From: Clostridia bacterium
Lineage (GTDB): Bacteria; Bacillota; Clostridia; Christensenellales; UBA1242
NCBI GenBank assembly: GCA_017467895.1
Contig: JAFUKB010000012.1
Span: 1 to 57,984 of the forward strand
Reading direction: 5' to 3'
Length of the DNA stretch: 57,984 bases
Each line of letters starts with the position of its first letter. Positions within the stretch are counted from its first letter, which is position 1. The notes beneath the pieces are model-generated. The model was not told the DNA's origin, searched no databases, and was given only the letters and a program-made list of their open reading frames with translations. This document shows positions 12,301 to 24,300 of the stretch, piece by piece. Position numbers and translations under genes: made by a program.

Positions 12301-15300
12301 TTATTAAAGCATCATCGGCATAAATTGTTACACCAAGAGGAGAAATAACAAAATCGAACTCTTCGGTTACTGGCTCCCAGAAATGGGTAGTAACTAAGTA
12401 TGTTAATTTATATGTACCCGCATTGGTTTCGCCAACAAAATCCTCGCCGGTTTGGGTGTAAGTTAATTTTAAATTAAACTCAACCTCTTCATATTCGTTG
12501 GTGTTAATGTCTATAACATTATACACACGGAAATCATCGGCGCTAAGAGTGTGCTCTAAGCCATTATATATAACCGAACTGTTGTCAATTCTTACATTAA
12601 TACCTTCATTTGAAAGAGCAATAATTCTAAATGCTCTTTTTAAATACTGCTCAGGAATGGTTACATTAATGTTTGCGTTGTCACAAACACCTTCGTAATA
12701 CAAATCATAATAGTTAACATATTCGCTTTGTGGCAAGTTAACTTCACGAGCAAGCGTGATAACAAAGTCAATTTCGCCGTTTAATTCTATGCTTAAACTA
12801 ACTTTAAACTCTGGGTCTGGTTCAAGAGCCAATTTGCTAAAGAACAATTTTGTTTTATCAACCACGCCAGTGTCTTCATCAACTTCGAAGTTGTTTGAAG
12901 TTACATGGTCAAGATTTAAGGTGTATTCATAAGGAATAATCTCATAATCATAAGACGCCTGTCCAACAATTTTAAAGTTTGCCGAATTGCATGTAACAAG
13001 TGCAGTATAAGTTCCAACCAATTTTTGAGGAGTTAGTCTGCCAGAGTAAGTAATTACAAGAGAATTTGTAATTTCAGTTAAATGTCTGTTAAATGTCTCT
13101 TCGGTTGTATTACCCGCTTTAACTGGAGCAAAGGTTATTTCTTGCCCCAAATTGTTAAACATTGTTTGGTCGTTTTCAAACTTGTTATAAACAATGCCAA
13201 TTTCAATAGGATTAACTGTTAATGTTCCATCAACGACTATTTCATAGCAATTAGTAACCGCAAGTGCGTCATGGTGCACCGCATAAGACAAACTCCAGTT
13301 AAGCCCGCTTATTAATGCATTTGAGCAAACCTCTGCAACCTCAAATGTAATATTAACAACATTATTATAAAGTGTGTCGCCATCGGCAAGCCAGTCTGCA
13401 CTTGTATCGGTGTGAACATAATCATATTCTCCACCTTTGTCATACATAAACGAAATTGCACCAAGGTTAATTTCTACTTTGCGTTTTTCAATAGTTCCAA
13501 CAATGTCGCTAAGCAAAATATAGTTATCGACCTTGTTAAATCCAGTACCCAAATAACTTGGGTCATTTATTGCAAAGGTAATGCGATTGTTTTCATCAAT
13601 TAAGAATGCATCAGCAAAGGTCGCCGTCACACAAACGCCGTCTACAAACTCTGCCAAGGTGGTTCCACCTAGCGAGTTATAAACATTAACCGTTGCGTCA
13701 TATTGTCTTATTGTAACAATGTCTAAATCAGAAATTAAAATCTTTCTCTTTTCAACTTCTGCAAACGCTGGGTAGTAAGCATTGCCTACTTTAACAGCAA
13801 GTTCATAAACGCCAACATTAATTATCTCTTGAGCAATAATGTCAGAAAGCGGAACTTGTGTTGGAGTTGTTGCGCCTATGTTTACATATGTGATAACCAG
13901 ACTGCCAAAAAGGTCAACGCCCGTATATGTTAATTTTTCAACATCAAAATCATAATCTTCGGCAACAAGCACAAGCGAACCCACAATAGAGTTAACTACA
14001 TAGTTTGCATTGGCTTTGTTGTAAGTTACGCTAATCTCACTTTCTGATGCTGTTTGACTATAAACATAAACCTCATTTGCATATGGAGGGTTGTTTTTTG
14101 TTACTGCAAATTTAAAACCACTAAAGAATGCAGGGTCATTTGCAAAAGTCTCGGCGCTTACGCCACTAACAATATTTAAAACATCTCCATTTGTGTTTTC
14201 CCATGTGTAAGCAAGAATAAATCCGGAATTGATTAAATATTCTTCATATAAAATCTCTGCACCAGTAAAATCAATATTTAAAGTAGCAGGAATAATTCTT
14301 ACCGAGTAATGAGTTGAAGCAACTTTAAATTCAAAGTTACTGCCGGCTGAAGCAGTTGCCACCAAAGCATAAGTTCCAACATTTTTAACTTCTGAGTCGT
14401 TATATAATGTTAACGAATCTTTGATTTGAGCAATAAATTCTGCCTTAATGTTGTTTCCATTTAAAATGCTTTCAGCATTTGCATAATTGGTTGCAGTTGC
14501 TGTGTATGTTAACGCATTTTCAATGTCTGCCTTGCGGTCAAATGAATTATAAACAAGGTCGCCAGCATTCCAAGACACTACAATTTCACGAGCGTTTACA
14601 ACATATTTTGCATTTGGGTCAACCGTTATTTCATAGTTTGAAGTAACATCAAAGTTGCTAGAGTCTTTAATTGTTGCAGGAGTTTTTGGTGTTACATTTT
14701 TAAGCAAATATTCTCCCACATTTTCAATTACAAACTCAAAGTAATAAGAAGTAAGGTCATGTCCGTCTGCAAGGGTATATCCGCTTGCAAGTTGCAAGTT
14801 GCTAACGCCAAGCATAATTGTGTGCTTGCCATCATAAACAAACTGTGTTTGTTCTGTAGTTTTAAGCGTGTATACAACTTGTCTTGGTGTGATTTTGCCT
14901 TTTAATGCAACAAAATCGTAGTTGTTTGCCAAATATTCATAACCAGCACTTGTTTTAATGCTTATTACAACATCATAAGAATCGTTGCTTACCGCACTAA
15001 CCGGCAAACCACTTGCATAATATGTTGCCACCAAAGCAGTAATTGGCTTAACTCCGCTAGCGTCATTGGTTATGTCTGGCGTGCAAAGTACATTAGAATC
15101 TAATTCAATCTCGCTTGTTGCATCATAAACCTTGTCGCCATTAAACTGCACACCGTTCACAGTGTAACCAGATACAACTTTTTTAGTTATTTCAACAGCA
15201 ACAACAAACGGATATGCCTGTTTTGGCGAACTGTTTATTGTGATATATACGCGAGCATAATAAGTGCCTGCGTTTTTAATTTCACTTAAAGCATAAACCA

Positions 15301-18300
15301 AATCAACATCTGCAAAGAAGTTTGCACCTAATATAGCCACAACATCGGTTGCCGTTTCGCCAAGTATAACATTAAATACAACATCTTCTGTGCGGTTATA
15401 TCCGTTATATTCAAGGCTTTGCGCTTCAATATAGAACTCGTCTTTGCCCAATGTTTCAGATATGGTAAGTGTAATATCGTAACTAACATTATAGTTATCG
15501 GTTACATTATAAGCCCCTGCAACAATCGCAAAAGTATCAACAACAACCTTGCCTTGGCTATATTTGTAAACGCCAATAGCAGAATCGGTTGTTTTTGCAA
15601 TGCTTATGTTTGCAATAGAATGCCCTTCAACCAAGCCGGTTTCGGCTGTTGCCACCACAGCATCGCTGTTAGAAAGAACATATTCATAACATGTTCTGCC
15701 AAGCAATTTCCCATAATAAATGCTCTTATCTACAATAATGCTTAAATTGCGTTTGTTAATAATAAGTTTTGTAGCAAGTGAGTCGCCCTCGGTTGCATAT
15801 GCATAGTTGTGTGCAAATGTTGCCGAAATTTCTGGGTAAATGGTATATTCGCCCGCTTCCACCGCGTCATATGCCTTGCCTGCGTCTTTTTGATATTTTG
15901 CAATAATTATTGCCTTTTCATCACCAGCAGTAACCGCACCTTTGCCATCAAAAATTACTGCAGTAAACTCTGCCATGTGCGCAGTTGCGTCATAAGTGTA
16001 TATGTTGTTTTGAATTAAACCAACAATAACAACCGCCTTGTTAACTTTTAATGTTCCAGAAAATTCTATTGAGTAATACATTAAATTAGAAGATACTTCT
16101 AATAAGCCAAAATCTATATTAAGTAGCAGTTGCTCAGAAAGGTTATAACTTCCGGCATTAACAATAGATTTAAAGGTAATTTGTCCGTCAAAGGCTTCGG
16201 CAATTCCAAACACTTCACTGCCCTTGTCTACAACTTTAAAGTTGTTTGTAAGAGATAGTGTAATGCCATCGCCAATATAATATTTGTCGTCAGCGCCAAC
16301 ATATTTAAACACAACTTCGCGCTCAGAAATGTTGCCAGTAATGTTTGAGTTTTTAAGTTTATAAGAATTGAAAGTTCTTTCTGCAATTACAGCCTGTGGA
16401 GTTTCAACATTGTAAACTTTTTTGTTTATTGCAAAAGTAATAGAGAGAGATTCCCCAAACAGACCGCTGTAAGTTCCCGTCAAATAAATGTATTCATAAT
16501 CGGTATTTGCGCCCGCAGTGCCATAAACATCGTCGCCATAAATGCCACCATAGCCATTTGCATTGTTTTTTGCTCTATTGATATCGCCAAATTTATTATC
16601 AACCAACACATTGGTTGTGGCGTCATATTGCTTGTTTGCTTTAAAGTTGTAAATGTTTTTAACATCTATCTCTTTTTGCTCTATTGTTACAAGCAGACTT
16701 GCCATGTCAAAGTTTTTAGAATATATGTAAGCCCTATAAGTGCCTGCATATTTAAACGCCAACCCGCCCTCATCACGAGAGTAGTTTTCATCGCCGTCAG
16801 AATCAAATGTAACAGAATAAAGTCTAATTATTTCACTTGCGCCCGTAAGAATATTGTTAACATACTCTTGGTTAGTGCCGGCGTTTGCTGTTATCCAAAG
16901 AGCAGCAGCGTCGTCGGCGCTTTGGCTATATTCATAAACAACTGTGTCGCCACTGTTTAAATCTAGTGTAATGGCAAGGTTTTGAACTTCGCCGTTATAA
17001 ATAAACTCTTCGGTTACATAAATGTTAACAACTTGAACTGGAATAATTTCCAAATAACCAGAGTAAGTAATTTCATAGTTATTTCTTAAGTTTTCTGAAG
17101 TGTTTCCACTTGCATAAATAACAATTTCGCTATGATTTGTTGTGTTTGTATCATTAATGTAATATTTTCCAATATCGGTGCCATTTGTAGATATTGTTGC
17201 ACTATTACCTAAATAATGCCCAATGCACAAACCTTCTAAATCTTCTGTTTTAAGATTATATGTTAAAACAGTGTCTTTTTTCCATGCTCTTTCAGCATAA
17301 ACATTAATGGTTAACGCTTTTTTAACTATTTTAAATGGAAGACTATCATCGCCTTGTTCAAGCGTATAGTTTGTTGAATCAACAAGGGTAAATTTAGCAA
17401 AATAGTTTCCAACATTTTTCGCCTCGCTAATGCCTGTGCCGTCAGCCTTGGCAAAACCAAAACTTACATAGGTTAATGCTTGAGCCGAGGTTTCATAAGT
17501 TTTTTCGCCGTCGTTGGTTATAACTGAAACAACATATCTCAAAGCAACATTTTGCCCAGTATATGTATAACCAATGCCCTCGCCAACATAACCGTTTTCA
17601 CTTAAAAGTGCAACCCTAATGTTTGCCGAAAGCAATTTAAGAGTTCCCTTATACCCCACAACTTTATAGTTTCTTGTTAAAATGTCGCCCGAATCAAAAG
17701 TAATTGTGCTTATGTTAAAATTTGTTAGTTCAAAGGTAGAAACATCGTGCGTGCCAACATTAAGGTTTTGTTTGTAGGCAATAAGCACATTTCCGCCATT
17801 AAGGCTGTCGCCAAAAGCATTTTTTAAAGTCCCAACACCAATCACATCACCAGAAGTGTTTTCAAGTGTTAGTTGATCATAGTTAACAACATAACCTGCC
17901 CTGTCATAGAACCTTGTAGCCGTTCCAATATTAATTACAACTGTTGCTTGGGTAATGTTGCCAACAAAACTACCACCAGTATACATTATTGTAATATTAT
18001 TGTAAGCATTATCCAATTTGCTGAATGAAATTGGAATGTTTGTGTTTACATTTTTGTCACTAAACTTAAAGGCAAAATTGTTTGCAATTTCGGTTTTTAT
18101 TACTGTTTGGTCAGCAATTTCAACTGCTTTGCCGTCTGAGCCCGTGTAAGACTTAATGATATAATGTTCGTCAACAACAAGCAATGCCTGTGTTGTTCCG
18201 TTATATTCACGAGAGAATGTTCCCTGTTGCTCAATTTTTACATAAAGCGATTTAATTTTAAATGTAACCAAACGCTCGTAAGTAAAATAAAGGTCAGATT

Positions 18301-21300
18301 CAATTACAATTTTTAAAGCATAGTTTCCACAATCTTTTGCACCTGCAAATGCCGAACCGTCAGCCCTAAGCACTGTAAGCGTTGCTTTGTGCAAAGGATA
18401 ACCCTCATCGCCGGAAGCAAGCCCAAATGACAACCAATATTCGGTGGTTTCTGCGTTTGGCAATGTAATATCAGATGTTAAAATTGTTTGTCTTTGACCG
18501 TTATAAACTTTTTCAAGAGAAACTTTAACCTCACTGTCTTTTAAATGACGCTTGGTTATCTCAATATAACCAGTGATTTCAAAGTCAAAATTTTTGTTTG
18601 TATCAACATAATTTCCGTCCGTGTCCATTACTGCAACAATAATGTCAAGATTTGCACTTGTATATTTTTTAATTTCACTGCTGTTTGTAATAATATATAA
18701 AACTGTAAACTTAAATGCAGTTTCTGCAAATGCAAAAGTCTTTATTTCTGTACCATTTGCAGAGGTATAGTTTGGCCTGTAAGTTTTGCCTGCTCCACTG
18801 TTGTCAACAACAGTTGTTACTTGCGCGGTAATCTTTTCGCCGGTGTATTCCTTTGGTACATTGCCAATGGTTAAACCAACTTGGCGTTTTTGTATTGTGC
18901 CAGCCGTGTTAGAAGCAACAACGGAATAGTTTTTCATAATTTCGTCGCCAGCCTCAACGCTTATAATGTTTGCACCAACTTGAGAAGATGAATAGGTTAT
19001 AATAACTTCTCTCCCTGTTAAGTCATCATGAACTTGTGATGCAGTATAATCGCTTGCAGTTAGTGTATATGTGTAAGTGTCATATGCGTCATATGCTTTG
19101 TTAATAGCATTTTTTAAAACTAGCGTTTTTGGAGTAATTGCCACATCAAACACTTGATAAGGTGCGTTTGAGTTGCTTGCATGATATAAAATTGATGTGT
19201 ATGCCTTAGAACCATCTAAAAGCACATATTCGACATATGCCGACACAGTTAAAGCAAAGCCATATTTGCCATTGTCTACAACATTGCGAATTAACAACTT
19301 GTTTTCGTTTAACAATGCTTCGTCAACAACAGCCCAAGACACATTACCCGCCTTAAGCCAAGCAACTGTTACTGCAACCGCTTCTGGCACAGCGGTAAAG
19401 TTTGGAGTTACTTCGGTTGTAACACCATTATATGTGCGTGAAATATTGCTTCCTGAATTGCTTGCACCTGCTGAGTATGACCACTGAGCATATAACACTA
19501 TCTTTGGCTCTTTAATGCCCCAAATGTCAGCAACAATGCTGGTTTTGTTGTTAATTTGAGTTCCCCAACCAACAAAGGTAAAGCCTGTGCGATTAAGTGT
19601 GCCAAATGTATCTTTTACACTATGGCCATAAATAATGCTTTCAACTCTGCGAGCAACACCGTCAATGGTTTCGCCAACCGCCAATGAATAGTCTAATGTA
19701 ACCTCACAAGTTTTGGTAAACATTATTTCAACGGCATAATGGTTTTCGCCCGTCATGGTAAATGTAATTTCATATGTGGTTGCGTTGGCTGAGTATGTTG
19801 CATAAGCAATAAAATCGCCATCAGTACTGCTAACTTTAATTTCTTTTATCCAATAATTTTTTAAATCATATGTTCCAGTTTTGTTAATCTCTAAACTAAA
19901 TGTAACCTCTTTTCCACCAACGCAGTTGTTGCGAATTACACTTAATTTGTTATTTACAAAACGGCTTTGATAATAATCATCAGATTCTGCATTGTTTAAG
20001 TCAATGGTTAACCAGTTGGTTAAATCGTCGTCTTTTTGTGCGGTAAAAATAAATTCTTTTTGATTTTCGCCAAGTTCTCTAATTTCAAACACACCAACAA
20101 TGTTAAGTTTAAAGTTTGTGCTTGCTTTTGCAATAGATGCCCCGTCATAAGTTGCTGTTAAATTGCTTGTAACAATTACATAATCACGATTAGTTGCTGA
20201 ATACGAAGCAATTACGCCACTGTTTGTGCTAATTGCAAACGATAAGAACAAGTGGTCTTTTAAAAGTTCCCATGCTTTTGCGTTGTTAGAACCAGCCGAG
20301 CCAAAGTAAATGTTGTTAACATATGGGCTGGTTACATAAGCACCCATTTTGTCTTTGGTTAGCGCCAAGCCACCATTTTTGTTGACTTGTATTTTTGCAA
20401 TTTCAACTGGCGGTTCGCTTTCGTCGTAAATATGCACCGAATATGAGCCGTCTTTTATGTAAGCGATTATTTCAAATGGGTTAATTACGCCGGTTGCGAC
20501 TTCTGGGTCTAAATAACTTGCGCCCATTGCAGATGGATATTCTCCAACCCTTGTATAAACTATTGCAATTTCATTAGACGCATCACTTGAAACATATGAA
20601 GCAATAACTCCAAAATTGAATGTGCTTGCATCAATTTCAAATATACCTGCAACAGTTTGATTTACAACTTTTGTGCCATCATAAACTTTTTCTATATTGG
20701 CAATAGTTAATTGTTTTGGAGTAATGGTTATGTTAGATTTTGCTAGTTCTGTGTCGCCATCTGAGTAGTTGTTGATGTAGTTTTTTGAAGCAAGGCCGGT
20801 ATCGGTTAAGTCGGTAAGTTTGTAGGTATAAGTAACCTTTAAACTAGCACTATCTGGGACATATTTAAACATGCCCGAAACAATCCAAACATTGCCCTCT
20901 CTAACAATGGTATATCTGCTTGCGTCAAAATCAACATAACTTGTGCCGTTTGAGCCAAGCATTTGAACTTTTATGTCGTTTGTCATGCTGTCGATATGAT
21001 TAAACTTTGCAAGTTCAAAAGTTTGTGTTTCGGCGTTATATTCGCGAGTTATGTTTTGCTCGGCTGTTGGAGAAATAAGTGCGTCAATAACTTTCCAATA
21101 AGGATACATTTCAAGTTTTGGCACTTCTTCAAACGAAGTTGTTGTTATGTTAACCGTGGTTGTTTTGCCATGATTAACCGTTGTGCCATTGCCTGTTACA
21201 TAGATGTAATAAGCCTTGCCTTTGTATGTTGCTTTCCAATAATCAAAAGTGTAGCCTATGCGATGAAGGTCTGGCACTTTAACATAATCTGTTGTGCCAA

Positions 21301-24300
21301 ATTTAACCGTGGTTGTAGTGTTTTTGTTTGTGCCCGTAAGCCATGTGCTTATGGTTTTAAACTCAACACTAATAATTGGGTAACATGCCGTTAATGTAAT
21401 GGTGTATTCAAGTTTTCCGCTATCGTAGTCATATTCGTCGCTAGTAAACTTAGCGTATGTTCTAGAAAGTCCGACAGTACTATCGTAATAGGTTTTTGTT
21501 AAACTTGAACTTATTTTTCGTTTTGCAGTTAAAAGTTGATAACCTTTGTCGTCAAATTCATCAATTAAATCTTCAATATAAGAATATAAATCAACCTCTT
21601 GCCCAAATATGATAGAAGCATCAGAGTATTCCCACTTGGTTGCAGTTGAACCAGAGCCATAGACAAACACAAATGTTACAGGCTTGCCCTCATAATTTAC
21701 ATAAAGGGTAAATTCTTCTGGCTCAGCACTTCCTCCTTGTGCCATGGCATAAATAAAGTCCTTAATTTTTACATATGCAGTGCCGTTAACAGTTCTGTCT
21801 GCACTTGGGGCTTCGGTGCTAAAGCAGCCACGCTCGTTTATTCCAGGAGCATAAAAACCCGGTGCATCTAAAACCGTAGTATCGGCGGTGCACAAAATTA
21901 AATTAACCAAATTGTTTTTGTCTAAGTAATTTGTTGTGACGGTAACACTAGTAAATCCACCAGCCTCGGTGTAAACAACTTCGCTTCCGTCGAGATATTT
22001 TGATTTTTGAGTTACATTTTCGGCACTCTTAAATGTTATGTTAAAGTCAAGCGCGTCATAAACCGCATGAATAATAACCGTATCGCCATTTGTGTAAGGA
22101 TAATCTGCACTTATTGAAAGCGTAGATTCCACCCCGTTTGCAATGAGGTTAAATTGATAAATAACATACTCAACACTTGCGTTGGTTATGGTGTCCAAAC
22201 TAACAAAAGTGCCGTTTGAAATATTTTTAATTTCAAAATGCGAGAATTTAAAGAATCTATAAAGATCGCTATTTGCCTCTAGTTTTACAGCACTAGCCAA
22301 AAGCGAGCCACTGCCTGTTGAAAGATATTTGCGTTCTAACACATAATCTTCAGCATTTGCCTTGTTTGCGGCAATATATGCCGAGTCAACAGTTTCGGTT
22401 TGCACAAACCCAACAATGTTCACATTGTAAATTATTTCGGTGAACTCAATGCTTGCCTGTTTGTGCCCATCAATAATTGCGGCAGAAGTTATTTCGGTTG
22501 GACTTGCCATAATTGATATTATGCCAATATAAGAGTTTTCGGTAAGTCTATAATTGCTGTGAAGAGCGTCAAATATAACTGTTTGAGTTGCGTCAGTTAA
22601 CGAGTTTACAACAACCAACTCAACCTGTGTTTGAGTTTTGTTTCTAATATAAAATTTGTCTAAATAAGTAAACTTAATTTCTGCAACCGTAGTCTTGTCA
22701 GCAAATGTATGCTCGGCATCGGTCACATAACCGTTTGTAACAGTTGCTGTTGTTGTGTATTCTTGCTCGGTTACATAAATCTCAAAATATACTCCTGCAG
22801 GATAATAGTTGTATGTTACAGGAGTAACGGTAATTTTAGTAACATCTTCACTGGTTAGGCTTGTTTTGTTTGCAATGTTCTGAATGTTAAACACTGCGCT
22901 TAAACCACCGCCAAAACCACTTAGTGCCACTGCCGTGCCGTTTGTGATTGAAGCAAGCGCAAGTTCACTTACACATTTACGCTTGGCTGTGTTTACTGTT
23001 CCATTGTCATTTAAGTCATATGTATAAGCAACTACTTTTGCAAAGTTTAAGAATTTTGCTTCAATTTGTGCGGAATATGCAATTTTGTAATGTTGATTTT
23101 TTGAATAAGAATCAAACTCTTCCTCAGTGCTTTCTTTAATGTCAATAACTTGAGGACTAATAAATGTGTTTTGCTCGTTGTCTAAGTCAAAAAAGTCAAA
23201 TATATACTCGTTTTCTTGCGCAACAAACTTGATAATTAGCGTAAGAGTTGCATTTGTTCCGCCAATATACATAACCTCAAACTGTGCTTGAGAGTTATAA
23301 TTTTGTGCCGTTGTTTGAGTAACCGTGTTAACTTGAGAGTCGTTATCACATTCGCAAATTAAACTAATTTCAAAAATCTTGGTCGCCCCAGAAGATTTTG
23401 TCCATTTTAAAGAATTTAGCGAGCCAACAGGAATTTGAGTGTCTTCAACAACAAATGCTCCAACTTCTGAGTTGAAAGCACGGTTATATGAGTTGTTAAA
23501 AATATACTCAGTTTCATATGCTCCAAGCAGGTTATAAAGATATTCATAAAGGGTTGCCATTTGCAACTTTTCTTTTACCTTGCTTGTGGAATCTAGAAGA
23601 GTGTCGCCGTCATAAATTTTTAAATTTACTGTGCTTATTATTTTTTTATGCTCAGTTATTTCATATTCAACATGGTTTGCAAGAGCACAAACTTGCAAAA
23701 CCGAATAGTAATTATAACTTGTTAAACTTCCGCCAGCATAAACAGGAACCGGCGCGTAGCAAAGATGGTCGCCGTCAACATAATATCTTGCATTTTTAGA
23801 ATCACCATCATAAAACATGTCTCGAGCATAAAAGATTAAGTTTGCTGGAGCAGTGACATTTGCATTGTTAGATTGTGTTACAGTTATTTCTCCATCACCA
23901 TCTCCCAATGCTTTTAGGTAATATGAAGTGGGCTCGGAATTTGTTGCAAGCGAGTTGGCATCATAAACCCTTAAGACTTCGGTGTAATACATTTCCGCAA
24001 TCTGATTGCCCGAAAAACCAACTGCAGTGTCAATATCTCTATATTTTGACTCAATAACAAATTTTAAATTTGCTTTTTGGGTGCTGTTTTTAATTTGATA
24101 TGTAACCGCTTTAACACCCCACCAACAATAAAGCGTGGTTGGCGTTGCGACGGAAGTGCTTTGAAGTGTTGCAAGCAAATTTGTTGCAAAAGCAGTATAA
24201 TTAACCGCCGAACCATTTGCATGCTTTGCCTTTAAAACATTAATCTTGTTAGAAGCACTGCCTGTGTATGGAATGGTTGATGTGTTTTGTGCAAAATATA

